The position numbers and the translations under genes are program-made. Under the pieces are notes generated by a model. It was not told the DNA's origin. It ran no database searches and saw only the letters and a list, made by a program, of their open reading frames with translations. From Archaeoglobales archaeon (GTDB taxonomy: Archaea; Halobacteriota; Archaeoglobi; Archaeoglobales; Archaeoglobaceae), in the NCBI GenBank assembly GCA_003663025.1, contig QMZE01000001.1, forward strand, positions 8,097 through 72,096: a stretch of DNA of 64,000 nt, written 5' to 3'. Shown piece after piece: positions 50,681 through 60,604 of the stretch (positions within the stretch are counted from its first letter, which is position 1; each line of letters starts with the position of its first letter).

Positions 50681-53311
50681 CTATCCGCACACTCCACTAT
50701 TATAGGAGCAGTTGCGGCATGTTGTACAGGTACCAGTTCGGACTAGCGGGTGTCCACACGTCGGACAGGTATCCTCACTTAGGTCTGGGATATCCGAAAG
50801 ACTCGGTGCAGGCACTTCCGAGTCTGTGTCGAGGAACTTCAGACGTAGCCATCGAGCAGTGTAGTCCATTATAGACTGTGCCATTTGGATATCGGGGTTC
50901 TTCGTTATGCCGGAGGGCGGGAACTTGGAGCCTTCCATGTGGGAGATGAGCTCCTCGAGGGGTATCCCATACTGGAGTGCTTTGGAGAAGAGCGTAGCGT
51001 AACTGTCGAGCAGCCCTCCTACTGTAGACCCGAATCGTGCTACACGAATGAACAGCTCCATAGGCTCTTTGGTTTCAGGATTCAATCCTATGTGGAAGTA
51101 CCCGTGGTGTGTGCCTATCTGGAACCCATGTCTGTGTGTAGGAAGATCCTCGGGAGGCTTTATCCGTTGAGGTATCTGTCGGACATCTGTCTTTTGCTTG
51201 AGCTCTGTAATCCTAAGAGGCTCACTCATCTTTGAGCCACGTCGATATAGAGCAACACACTTCAGCTTCATTTCCCAGGCACGAAGGAGAGCTCTTTCCA
51301 CATCTTTCACAGATGCTTCGTGTGGCATGTTGAACGTCTTAGACACCGCTCCTGACAGGAAAGGTTGCACTGCAGCCACCATTCCAATATGTCCCTCTAC
51401 CGAAATGTGCCGTGTTTGTCCCGGCACCGTCAGCGCACAGTCGAATATCGGTAAGTGCTCAGAGGCCAACAGCGTATCTTCCAAGTGGCCTTTCTCTTGT
51501 ATCTGGACATACAGTGTAGCTATCTCTTCTTCTGTATATTCCAGTGCCTGAAGAGCCTCAGTTACGTTGGGATTAACGTAAGTCATCAGCCCTCCACCTA
51601 CCATGGACTTCGTTTTCTGGAGGCTTATGTCAGGTTCGATTCCTGTAGTAGCTACTCCCATCATGAATCCAGTGGTCCCTGTAGGAGCCAGGAGCGTCAC
51701 CTGTGCGTTTCGGAACCCGGTAGCCTGTTCTACAGATTTCCTGCGTCCCAGGCCTATCCCCGTAACGTCCTGCCACGCTTTCACGGCAACTCCCTGGAGC
51801 GTGAGAACGTCTTTGTTCAGCTTCTTTGTATCGGAGTAGTGGAGGTCAATAACGTCTGACATGGAAGATTGGTTTGCTTCATAGTGGCTGAAGGGTTCCA
51901 GACGTGCGGCAATATATGAACTCATGAGGTATGCCTGAGCGGTCATCAGACTTGTAATAGATGCGGCTACGTTCCTGCCTTCGTCACTGTCGTATGGGAG
52001 CGCCATGTGCATCAGCAGGCCGCCCAGGTTAGCGTACCCCAGGCCCAATGGGCGATAAGAAATGCTGTTTTTCCTGATAGCTTTTGTAGGATAGGCTCCT
52101 AACTCTACCAGAATATCCTGCGCGAGAATCATAACGTTAACTACGTGCTTGAAGCGCGTGGTATCAAAAGTAGTTGCGTCAACCAGGAAGCGGTCCAGAT
52201 TGATACTGGCCAGGTTACACGCAGAGTCTTTCAGCCATAGAAACTCACTGCAGGGATTGGAGCCAGTTATCTCCCCGTCTCCGGAGCAGGTATTGTAGTT
52301 GTTTATCGTGTCGTGGAACTGCACTCCCGGGTCACCACAAGCGTGCGCAGCTTTTGCTATTTGTGTGAATAGTGCTTTGGAAGAAACTGTTTTTGCTGTG
52401 TCCCCTCCTACTCTATTGACGAGCTTCCAATCTACGTCTGGGCGATAGCCACGTACGATCTCCTGGATATTCTGCATGAACTCGTCTGTTAGGCGTACGG
52501 AGTTGTTACCGCTCTGGTGCTTAGCGTGAATGTATGCGCTGTTAGGGTCGTTCCATTCAGGAGTGATTCCGCCCTCAGCCAGAACCTCAACTATCCGTTC
52601 CTCCTTTACCTTACATTCAATAAATTCTTCAATGTCCGGATGGTCTGCGTCAAGCATCACCATACGGGCGGCTCTACGCATCCTTCCTCCAGACAGGATC
52701 ACATTAGCGAAGGCATCGTACCCTTGCATAAAGGACACGGGCCCTGACGCAGTGCCTCCTCCTTTGAGCTTCTCAGTGGATGCGCGCAAGGGTGACAGGT
52801 TGACGCCACTCCCCGAACCATCTTTAAAGATCATACCTTCTACTTTGGCGAGGTCTAAGATGGAGGACATATCGTCAACTATGGAATTGATGAAGCACGC
52901 AGATACCTGCGGGTTCTTCACGCCTGCAACTCCCACGTTAAACCAGACCGGGGAGTTGAAGGTGGCTAACTGGTGGACTAGAATGTACGTCAGTTCTTTA
53001 CTGAACACAGCGGCTTCTGCGTCATCCGCAAAGTATTGCTGTTCGACGCCACTAGACGTAATGGCCTTCACTACGCGGTGAATCATTGAGCGAATGCTGG
53101 TTTCGGGAGTTCCATCAGTTCTGGATTCTTTGAAGTACTTGCTGGCTACTACTTGCCGAGATTCATCGCTCCAGTCAGCGGGGAACTCTGCATCGAGACA
53201 CTCGTAGATAGTATTGCCATCTTTGTCCTTGGTTGTGATGTCGGTTTTTTCCCATTGAATTTGGGCGAACGGATCTTCTTCTTCTGTGAACAATTGCTTG
53301 AGTTGAAACAT
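50681..53311 (-). CDS. nrdJ: Class II (adenosylcobalamin-dependent) ribonucleotide reductase
   Basis: FNSPVWFN, SACFI, GSGSG, RRAA.M, HPDI, NPCSEF, CNLASINL, GLGYANL, APTGT, SGAVSKT; C-terminal TSCPD-like domain and CxxC..CxxC..CG tail. Confidence 0.93.
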   Translation of the reverse strand: MFQLKQLFTEEEDPFAQIQWEKTDITTKDKDGNTIYECLDAEFPADWSDESRQVVASKYFKESRTDGTPETSIRSMIHRVVKAITSSGVEQQYFADDAEAAVFSKELTYILVHQLATFNSPVWFNVGVAGVKNPQVSACFINSIVDDMSSILDLAKVEGMIFKDGSGSGVNLSPLRASTEKLKGGGTASGPVSFMQGYDAFANVILSGGRMRRAARMVMLDADHPDIEEFIECKVKEERIVEVLAEGGITPEWNDPNSAYIHAKHQSGNNSVRLTDEFMQNIQEIVRGYRPDVDWKLVNRVGGDTAKTVSSKALFTQIAKAAHACGDPGVQFHDTINNYNTCSGDGEITGSNPCSEFLWLKDSACNLASINLDRFLVDATTFDTTRFKHVVNVMILAQDILVELGAYPTKAIRKNSISYRPLGLGYANLGGLLMHMALPYDSDEGRNVAASITSLMTAQAYLMSSYIAARLEPFSHYEANQSSMSDVIDLHYSDTKKLNKDVLTLQGVAVKAWQDVTGIGLGRRKSVEQATGFRNAQVTLLAPTGTTGFMMGVATTGIEPDISLQKTKSMVGGGLMTYVNPNVTEALQALEYTEEEIATLYVQIQEKGHLEDTLLASEHLPIFDCALTVPGQTRHISVEGHIGMVAAVQPFLSGAVSKTFNMPHEASVKDVERALLRAWEMKLKCVALYRRGSKMSEPLRITELKQKTDVRQIPQRIKPPEDLPTHRHGFQIGTHHGYFHIGLNPETKEPMELFIRVARFGSTVGGLLDSYATLFSKALQYGIPLEELISHMEGSKFPPSGITKNPDIQMAQSIMDYTARWLRLKFLDTDSEVPAPSLSDIPDLSEDTCPTCGHPLVRTGTCTTCRNCSYNSGVCG

Positions 53312-53314
53312 TTT

Positions 53315-53872
53315 TTACATGCCTTTGGTGTAAGTAAAGTGGGCACGGTCTTTGTGCACGGTCTCCCTTATACCGTGAATTACCTCTAATTGATGACGCT
53401 TCACAGGAGGGGTATCGAAGAACCCCTGCGCTAGGTGTGCGAGCCATGCAGCGTCCGCTTCATCATCGGGCAGCAGGATACCCCACTCTTTTTTCGCTGC
53501 TGCAATCATTTTGTTCTTGGTAGCTGCGCCGTGGGCAGCACCGTATTTCTTTAGCTGTGCAGGAGGAATAACCAGGAACGGAAGCTTGAATTGGAGCAAC
53601 GCCAGGAGGAGGACCCCCCGTACTTGTCCCATGTCGTCTGCTCGAGTATTCGCGTTGTACGCTGCCCCTTCGATACAGGCCCCGCTTAGCTCTGCGCCTT
53701 TTTCAGTTAGGAGCGTATGTACTCGGTCATGGATCTCAAATAGGCGGTCTGCCCCTTTGCACTGGGTTTTTATTGTCTCAGTGTACAGGCTACCCTGGAT
53801 GAGAATTGCGAGGCCCGTGCTGCGAGGAGAAGGATCAATCCCTAGGTAACTTCTTGACGGTAGTGTTGACAT
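53315..53872 (-). CDS. ruvC: RuvC-like Holliday junction resolvase
   Basis: LGIDPS..STG, CIEG, P..LKK...G.A.K..M, DDEADA motifs. Confidence 0.85.
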   Translation of the reverse strand: MSTLPSRSYLGIDPSPRSTGLAILIQGSLYTETIKTQCKGADRLFEIHDRVHTLLTEKGAELSGACIEGAAYNANTRADDMGQVRGVLLLALLQFKLPFLVIPPAQLKKYGAAHGAATKNKMIAAAKKEWGILLPDDEADAAWLAHLAQGFFDTPPVKRHQLEVIHGIRETVHKDRAHFTYTKGM

Positions 53873-53917
53873 GGCTTACTATTTTTGGCAGATAATACGA
53901 GAAAGGTCAAACGGTAA

Positions 53918-54595
53918 ATGGCCCAGCTAACCATTGAATACGATAAAGATATTTTGGGCTCAGGGTACTACATGAAAACTGAAGTGCTGCCGTTTCCTGC
54001 GACGGAACCTGCCGGCACTTTGGAGGAGTCCATCATAATCCAGGAAGCAAGTACCTCGCAGGACGAACGTATCCTGCGTATTGCGAATCCTACAGAACTC
54101 GTGGATCTGGCAGTGGCCACTCCTTTGGTGTTCTACAATGCTACAGAGTTTTCTGGCGTGACCGTCAATCCAGGAGACACCTTACGTCTACCTATGCGGG
54201 ATGAGTGGGTGAAGCTCGGACACGTAGGTACGTTCCTGGACTTCATGGTTCTCGCACAGTTCGGTGCGATAATTGAAATTGATGTTGCGGGTGCGGTGTA
54301 TCCTTTCCCCTCTTTCTGTCGCGGGTCATTCCAGGTTTATTCCGGGTACCCAGGGCCCTCAGGACCTCTTCCCTGGCCGATACCGTACAGCACAGGAACC
54401 AACGGATACACTGTTCGAAACAGTATCGGCAACTCAGATGCAGTGCGTATTTCAGAGCACGTAGATATGTTCGCGGATATCACTGTAGGGGCGAATAAGC
54501 AGGCAGCTCTTAGCTCTGAAGCACAGGCGCTCGTGGATGCCACGAATATAGACGAGACGGAATTCTCCGGAATAGACATTGAGGTATACGAATGA
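53918..54595 (+). CDS. Hypothetical (probable virion) protein
   Basis: Acidic beta-rich ORF in a plus-strand coupled trio. Confidence 0.55.
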   Translation: MAQLTIEYDKDILGSGYYMKTEVLPFPATEPAGTLEESIIIQEASTSQDERILRIANPTELVDLAVATPLVFYNATEFSGVTVNPGDTLRLPMRDEWVKLGHVGTFLDFMVLAQFGAIIEIDVAGAVYPFPSFCRGSFQVYSGYPGPSGPLPWPIPYSTGTNGYTVRNSIGNSDAVRISEHVDMFADITVGANKQAALSSEAQALVDATNIDETEFSGIDIEVYE

Positions 54596-54963
54596 GTGTC
54601 ACTATTGACCTTAGGGTTGTGCAGTCGCTTATTGAGGGCGGAGGTTACCGCGTAAAGATGGACGTGCTATACGCTACAGGGATTGCTCCTGAAATTTTCG
54701 TGTACACTGCCGACTGCAATGAGTTCTCACACGTAGCTACCCCATTTGACATAGAAAATATCCCGTACGTTACTTCGGAAGAGGCAGAACTCCACGGCTA
54801 CAATTACTACCGAAAAGCAGGGGTAATAGAAGACCGTAATACGGTAGAGAGTGCCGAAGCTTATTCGAACTACACAAAAGAACGAGTAGCATTTTTAGCA
54901 AGAGAGTTCCCGAAAGCTATTGACGGCTTCGAAGGAACTAACGACTACACGTACACAGGATAG
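54592..54963 (+). CDS. Hypothetical (probable virion) protein
   Basis: IFVY...F.HVATP.D.E motif, similar to FFVY...FERVGNPYDLE of the next gene. Confidence 0.55.
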   Translation: MSVTIDLRVVQSLIEGGGYRVKMDVLYATGIAPEIFVYTADCNEFSHVATPFDIENIPYVTSEEAELHGYNYYRKAGVIEDRNTVESAEAYSNYTKERVAFLAREFPKAIDGFEGTNDYTYTG

Positions 54964-54965
54964 CA

Positions 54966-56021
54966 ATGTTAACTACAACAGTAGACCAGGAATGTCTCCA
55001 GGAAATGTTAGCGGACGGTACGCTGAAGTACACGATCATCACTACTGTGGTGGACAAAGGGGAACTACCTTACCTGCAGTTCTTTGTGTACAGCGTAGTC
55101 GACCCTGCTGATCCTAAAGATGACACCTTCGAGCGTGTAGGTAATCCTTACGACTTGGAGAACGTTAACAATAACCGCACCGCTGCAATTATTGCAGGAG
55201 AGACTACGTACCTATCGTCAGAACTTCGGAGAGAGTATTTAACGCTGGATGTCGCAGTACAGGCAAAAGACGCCGTAAAGTCTCGCGTTAATGACGGAGT
55301 AAAGGCCTGGTACACATACGTCACTGAGTTTGAAGGGTCTTCTTCTGATGTATACCCCACAGTAGATCCTTCCTACGAACAGGCGCTTATCAACGCGTAC
55401 ACTGCAGCCAAGGTGGCTCGCGTTGCTGCGGAAGGTACCGTAACTGACGCAGACACTGATGTAACTGTCGCTGAAGCGGAGGCGTCTGCTGCCGCACAGA
55501 TTGTTGCTATCTATCAGAGTGAAAAATCTTTCTGTGACTCAGCCCGACTGGTGGCATGGACAAATTACTACGGTGCGGTAGGCTCATTCTCTTCCAGCAT
55601 TGTAACGCAGAACAACAGATACAGCGGGTTCATTACGAGTATCACTGCGGCTTATGATGCTCACTCTGGGTCTACTTACCCGGTAGCACCTACAGATCCC
55701 GACTGGAGCACGGTATTCACTGCACTGAATTCTTACAGTAGTGACCCTGCAAATTTCCAAACAGGACCTCTCGCACTATTCCAGTCCTCGGAAAACTACG
55801 GAGCTACATTGGATGCTGAGTTTGCAGCATTCTGTGCCGCTGCAGCGGCGAACTACACAGCCGCTCTTGGACAGAAACAAGCTAAAGACCAGGCCGTTGC
55901 AACTTCAGTGACAGCAAAAGAAGAGGCCGAAGCCTCTTTAGTAGTAGCACAAGAGGCGGAGGACACGGCCCTAGCTGCAGTAGTAGCCGTGTGCCCCACG
56001 TTTGATCCTCTTAGTGTTTAG
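54966..56021 (+). CDS. Hypothetical coiled-coil (probable virion) protein
   Basis: N-terminal domain resembles 54592-54963; Ala-rich coiled coils. Confidence 0.55.
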   Translation: MLTTTVDQECLQEMLADGTLKYTIITTVVDKGELPYLQFFVYSVVDPADPKDDTFERVGNPYDLENVNNNRTAAIIAGETTYLSSELRREYLTLDVAVQAKDAVKSRVNDGVKAWYTYVTEFEGSSSDVYPTVDPSYEQALINAYTAAKVARVAAEGTVTDADTDVTVAEAEASAAAQIVAIYQSEKSFCDSARLVAWTNYYGAVGSFSSSIVTQNNRYSGFITSITAAYDAHSGSTYPVAPTDPDWSTVFTALNSYSSDPANFQTGPLALFQSSENYGATLDAEFAAFCAAAAANYTAALGQKQAKDQAVATSVTAKEEAEASLVVAQEAEDTALAAVVAVCPTFDPLSV

Positions 56022-57304
56022 CGGATTGAGTGGTCGAATCTCCCCCAATTTAGGTAGAGACCTTCCCAGCTTTGGATGATGGTGTTCCAGGGAAGATGTC
56101 CTTCTCTCCCTCTCGCATATCTCAGTGTGTACCCTGCGCGAGGGTGTCCTTCGAGGTAGTGCTTAGGGTAGCTCGTAGTTCTCCACCCATTTTGGTTGGT
56201 TGGGCTGTACGTTTCCCTGGCGGCTGCCAGTAGAATACCTAGTTGCAGGTTGGTCAGTTTCCCGTAGCGGTCATCGTCCCACTTCCTGTCGTAGCCGTGA
56301 GACTGGATTACCCTTTCTGCTTCTTTGAACGTTTTGAAAGGTGTGAAATTAAACCAGCTTGCAGTGGTCCTCCGGAGACCGAATTGGAGCGTCTGGTCAG
56401 GTGACTCTAGGTGGAACGTAAGTGCGTATAGCCTGCGGTTGTACCTGGCGTGGAGGCGGCCGCTGTTAATGAGCAGATATTTAATCTGCGCACGGGTAAA
56501 AGGTATATGTGTTTTCGCTACTGACGCAGCACTGTACTCCTTTTCAGATTTGAGGTAAGGCGAAGGGCACCACTTCACTTCTGTGTCACAGACGGACTGT
56601 ACTAGGCACCGTGAACATTCTGTCTTCTTGAATTTAATTACCCGATGAGCTTCTCTTCCTCCTTTCGCTGCGGACTCGAGGTTCTCGGATACATTAGCGA
56701 AGCTGTGCTGGTTTATCGGACGGTCGTTCTGGGTAAAGTACGCTGTCCGCGTATGCGCAGGACTTATGTATGTGAATGGTCCTATCGTAGTTTCAAGATG
56801 TTCCAGGACGTCCAGCAGGTCCTCTTCTGCGCGGTACCCGTACTCACGGGGAGTGGTCAGTAGCTCCCTAATCCTACACATCGCCGGTACCTCATCGGCC
56901 TTAAGGCGGATGCACTCATGGCATCCTAGGGCGTATTTGTGTGGAAGAGAGCACGAATCGTATGTCTGAGAAAGGTCTACGTGCTCCATCTCTGATGGGC
57001 TGCCGTTAATGTAGATACAGTCCCCCCTCTTTGCCGTAGATAATTGTCGGGCCAGGTAACCGTCTGTCTCAGACGTAACGCGAATCACAGGATGAGGTAC
57101 TGGGATATCGTGGCTGTATACGATGTTGGGATGCCCTACAAGCTTGTGCACCAACGCAGTGTTTTGTATTAGCTCAAAGGTCTCCGGAGACAGTATGTTA
57201 TCTTCAGGGTCAAGTGATGAGAATAGAAGCTCAGTGTTTCCTGATGGACCTACTGCATAGGTGAATACACGGTTAAGCTGTTGGATGCGTTTTGTTTTTG
57301 TCAT
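56018..57304 (-). CDS. Unknown Cys-rich protein, RT-coupled
   Basis: 428 aa; start overlaps RT 3' end by 32 nt; C..H...CHEC and CSRC....C......C clusters. Confidence 0.7.
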   Translation of the reverse strand: MTKTKRIQQLNRVFTYAVGPSGNTELLFSSLDPEDNILSPETFELIQNTALVHKLVGHPNIVYSHDIPVPHPVIRVTSETDGYLARQLSTAKRGDCIYINGSPSEMEHVDLSQTYDSCSLPHKYALGCHECIRLKADEVPAMCRIRELLTTPREYGYRAEEDLLDVLEHLETTIGPFTYISPAHTRTAYFTQNDRPINQHSFANVSENLESAAKGGREAHRVIKFKKTECSRCLVQSVCDTEVKWCPSPYLKSEKEYSAASVAKTHIPFTRAQIKYLLINSGRLHARYNRRLYALTFHLESPDQTLQFGLRRTTASWFNFTPFKTFKEAERVIQSHGYDRKWDDDRYGKLTNLQLGILLAAARETYSPTNQNGWRTTSYPKHYLEGHPRAGYTLRYARGREGHLPWNTIIQSWEGLYLNWGRFDHSIR

Positions 57305-58412
57305 ATTTCTGCACTGCAGCGTTGTACACAGACTTAAGCTGCTGTCCTTTGCCGGAATGTATTTGTTCCATGTAGTTTATTCGCCCTAAGAGCCACCAAC
57401 GCAGCTCTTCTTCTGAGTCTTTGCCTGCTCTGGAACATTGGGATTCAAAGCCGTGCTTCCAGCAGTTGTAGGTTAAGGATCTGACAGAGATGTACTGATC
57501 TCTTGGGATATTCGTATGGGTGTTAAACACCGCTCCCAGCAATGCCTTACGGTGGCGTCCATCCCATATGCGGGTTTTGGTGTGGTTTACGGCGTAACCG
57601 CTGCGAGTACACACGTTCATCAGCTTGTTAAGAATTGCCATTCTTTTGTAGTAAGAGAACCTCTTGCCACAAGTGAATGCCAGGTCATCGGCGTATCGCG
57701 TGTATTTCCATGCGTATTCTCCTTCCAGACCCTGTTCTTTATTCAGGTCATCTATGAGTGCGAGCATCGGAGTATCTAGCATCCAGTCCGCAACTAAATT
57801 GCAGATAGCACCGCTGGCAGGGTTACCTTGCGGTACCCCTGAGAACTGGTAGCCGGAAGAATCTGTGAACGCGTAGACTGTGACCAGGGACGCCAGGAGA
57901 TCAGATACGTAATGGCTGTACCCGATCACCTGCTTGAAGTACTGGCGTATCCATACTCTGCGTGTACTGGGGAAGAAGTTCTTCAGGTCGAGATTGAAGT
58001 ATGTGCCTCTGTGCGGGCAGTCATGTTCCGTTCCCGGAGGAGCTGTATCGCAGATAGGGCACTCAGGGACATGCTGTTCCACTGCCATTTGCGTTGAGCG
58101 CCCTTCACGATAAGCGGTTACGTGGTCCCCTAGCTGTTTCTGAAGAGGATTGAGAAGGCGCTCGAGGATCCTCTTTCCGAAAAGTTTCATCACCTTATCG
58201 GGAGCATGTATTACCCTGCTACCTCCAGACTTTTTAGGGATTGTTAGTCGAGTATACAGTTCGTCTTTGCGCGTGATTGCGTACCAGAGAATCCTGGTAT
58301 TAAAGCCCAGGAAAAAAGCCAGAGTGCAGTCGTCGATCAGAAAGGGCATGTCTTCCGGGATATCAGGTGTTTTAATCATGACGACTTCTGTGTTAGAGAA
58401 CCCGTGTGTCAT
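57273..58412 (-). CDS. Retron-like RNA-directed DNA polymerase (reverse transcriptase)
   Basis: IPKKSGGSRVIHAP, AYREGRS...AVEQH, LDLKNFFPS, PQGNPAS..ICNL, YTRYADDL.F, VNHTKTR, LLG, LLGRINY motifs. Confidence 0.93.
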   Translation of the reverse strand: MTHGFSNTEVVMIKTPDIPEDMPFLIDDCTLAFFLGFNTRILWYAITRKDELYTRLTIPKKSGGSRVIHAPDKVMKLFGKRILERLLNPLQKQLGDHVTAYREGRSTQMAVEQHVPECPICDTAPPGTEHDCPHRGTYFNLDLKNFFPSTRRVWIRQYFKQVIGYSHYVSDLLASLVTVYAFTDSSGYQFSGVPQGNPASGAICNLVADWMLDTPMLALIDDLNKEQGLEGEYAWKYTRYADDLAFTCGKRFSYYKRMAILNKLMNVCTRSGYAVNHTKTRIWDGRHRKALLGAVFNTHTNIPRDQYISVRSLTYNCWKHGFESQCSRAGKDSEEELRWWLLGRINYMEQIHSGKGQQLKSVYNAAVQKYDKNKTHPTA

Positions 58413-58990
58413 CTTGCGCCCCCTTGCTGTTCACATTTTCCAGTTCCAGGAACGCATTTTCCTGCCTGATATTCTAAAATGTGATCACACACTGCGCAGA
58501 GTAGTGCGATAGTACGCTCTGGAGTATGCAGTTTTATCGATGGCATCTCTGCACGCGTATTGGCGTAGGGGCGCATTGCTCCGCTGTGAACGTACTGGAG
58601 ATGTTTGACGCCTACGTTTCGTATGTTTTCCGGACGGCAATGCTGCTTTATTTGAGTAGGTACGACCATCGCCCAGCCGCTCCAGTCGGTATACTTTCCA
58701 CCTTCGAAAAAGTTGTATGTCTTAGTGGGCGTAGCAGTTTCTGTGCTGCTATCTCGGTGCAGCGGTACTTTCCGCACGTACTCCACGTGAACTTGGTTCA
58801 GTGCGTCTAGGAGGGGTATCGTGAGGGGCATCTCGAGGCAGTAGGGAAACATCCGAGGAATTACGTGTACTTTCGTTTTCGGTACAAGGTACACCCTGTC
58901 ATACGGAAAGACGTGGAAGGAGTCGGACAATACTCTCCGTAATGACTTGAGCAGTTTACGGCGTATTTTTACGCAGTAGATTGTTGTCAT
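58409..58990 (-). CDS. Unknown basic protein with C-terminal Cys cluster, RT-coupled
   Basis: GGAGG SD; ATGA overlap with RT start; CAVC...C......C. Confidence 0.65.
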   Translation of the reverse strand: MTTIYCVKIRRKLLKSLRRVLSDSFHVFPYDRVYLVPKTKVHVIPRMFPYCLEMPLTIPLLDALNQVHVEYVRKVPLHRDSSTETATPTKTYNFFEGGKYTDWSGWAMVVPTQIKQHCRPENIRNVGVKHLQYVHSGAMRPYANTRAEMPSIKLHTPERTIALLCAVCDHILEYQAGKCVPGTGKCEQQGGAR

Positions 58991-58993
58991 GGA

Positions 58994-60544
58994 TCACCCT
59001 CCTATCTGGAGTGTTCTTACCATGTCAGGATGTGTTTTCCCTGAAGGGGTAATTGCCCATATGAGAGGGGCCGGAGGTGACAGTTCTGGAATAGGACCGC
59101 CTTTATCTGAGGATATCGGGGCATACCCATCGGTGAATATAATCACCAGATCCGCAGTAGGTACCCTCTCGGTTATCCTGTCTGCATCTTCCAGCCAATC
59201 GTCCTCTGTATCTGTTCCCAATACCCGCCTAAGTACTGAATTGAATTGTGTTCCTCCGTACCCGTAACGGCGCATCCCTTCGGGAGAGTCGGTAAAGGCG
59301 CTGCTATCGGAGGAGAGTAGCTCCTCTTGCTGGATAGCATGATCGAATGCGATGAAGCGGGCGGATACTCCTTCTTCTGCGCGCAGTATGCCTGCAATCT
59401 CTCCCATGAACTGTATATACTCAGTATCCGAAACTGACCCGGAGGTATCTACGCACAGATCAATGTGGAACGTCATGTCTCGCTGGTAGAAGGGGTAAGG
59501 CTCTATGAGGTCCGCTTCCAGGTGCGCGAGCCCTGCGTTGGGCATAACGGTGCTCTCACGAAGCTTTGCCGATATGGATGACTTGAGCATCCCACGCAGT
59601 ACTACTTCCCACGGAATCGTAGGTTCTTCCAGTAGCGCGTCTATCAGGTGCTGCAGATGCCCAGGGATAACACCCCGGCCTTTGTGTGTCTGCTCTACCG
59701 CAGAATTGACTATGCGCTTTCCTTCACGCTTAGCCTGCTCAATAGCTCGTTCGATCTCGGACTCGGTCATACCCTCGACTATATCCAGGTGGGATATGTG
59801 GCCCGGAGCCTGCTGTCTCAATAGATCCCGGAACCATGACGGGACGCTCTCGTCTTGCATCATCTGTTCGCTTACGTTCTGAGGAGCCTTCTCCTCTTTC
59901 TCTTCTTTCTCTTCGTCAGAGCCTCCAGAACCCTTTGACTCTTTCTCCTCCTCAGAATCACCGGAATCACCGGAACCTCCCGCATCAGGACTACTTTGTG
60001 CGCCTTTGAATTCTCCTATCCGATAGGCATCTACGTCGAAGCCGTGCTCTTGTAGATCTTCAATAAGGAGCGCGGTGTACTCTTCGAATGTTTTGTTCTT
60101 GGGGTAGTCCCTTTGCTCAGGCCAAACCAGAGGCTTAGCCACGTCTCCAAAGTAATCGCGATTCTGCTCCACAAATGGGCGTAGCGCCACGTCATTCACT
60201 GCCATATCCATGGCGATGTTGAAGATGGGCTCGTATCGCTTGTACTGCTTATGGTCATCAAAGTGTACCATGTACCGAAACACTCTCGGTATGTGTTCCA
60301 GGACCAAGTGCGCAGCTTCGTGCACAACTACCAACACTTGGAACGCTCTTGGCTGAGCCGTAAACCATTCCAGGTCGTATAGGAATAGGTATTTCCCTTG
60401 TGGGGTCAGGGCCACTGCAGCCGTTCCAAGCCCTGGTGTAGGCTTACGGCTACAGCCGTTCAAGATCCTCCCGTAGAGGTTGTTTCCTCCTCTCGGGCTA
60501 CAAGCCCACTGAAGGACTTCGCTTAGAGCATTTTGAGTTTTCAT
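58994..60544 (-). CDS. HExxH metallopeptidase plus vWA domain protein (DUF2201-like)
   Basis: VHEAAHLVLEH, NIAMDMAVN, acidic linker, IPWE..L, VDTSGS (MIDAS), GGT.F, IFTDGY. Confidence 0.9.
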   Translation of the reverse strand: MKTQNALSEVLQWACSPRGGNNLYGRILNGCSRKPTPGLGTAAVALTPQGKYLFLYDLEWFTAQPRAFQVLVVVHEAAHLVLEHIPRVFRYMVHFDDHKQYKRYEPIFNIAMDMAVNDVALRPFVEQNRDYFGDVAKPLVWPEQRDYPKNKTFEEYTALLIEDLQEHGFDVDAYRIGEFKGAQSSPDAGGSGDSGDSEEEKESKGSGGSDEEKEEKEEKAPQNVSEQMMQDESVPSWFRDLLRQQAPGHISHLDIVEGMTESEIERAIEQAKREGKRIVNSAVEQTHKGRGVIPGHLQHLIDALLEEPTIPWEVVLRGMLKSSISAKLRESTVMPNAGLAHLEADLIEPYPFYQRDMTFHIDLCVDTSGSVSDTEYIQFMGEIAGILRAEEGVSARFIAFDHAIQQEELLSSDSSAFTDSPEGMRRYGYGGTQFNSVLRRVLGTDTEDDWLEDADRITERVPTADLVIIFTDGYAPISSDKGGPIPELSPPAPLIWAITPSGKTHPDMVRTLQIGG

Positions 60545-60604
60545 TTTTTTACTTCCTCGTCTATAATTCTTGTTGTTTCACTGAAAATGGATGAAGGACT
60601 AAAG

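Noticed and set aside
50681-53311. Intein or intron in the ribonucleotide reductase
   Set aside because: Motifs are contiguous, the length is normal for NrdJ with a C-terminal domain, and no splicing or LAGLIDADG signatures are visible
53315-53872. TnpB/Cas12-like RNA-guided nuclease
   Set aside because: Only 185 aa, a compact RuvC resolvase with no Zn ribbon, REC/WED region or adjacent RNA
57273-58412. Diversity-generating retroelement or group II intron
   Set aside because: Motif 4 is PQGNPAS (no DGR-type GNLTSQ); no Avd-like small gene and no TR/VR pair differing at adenines seen; no maturase X/En domain or intron RNA space
56018-58990. Non-coding repeat array adjacent to the RT
   Set aside because: Both flanks are filled by coupled ORFs and no periodic repeat was visible by eye; a self dot plot would be decisive
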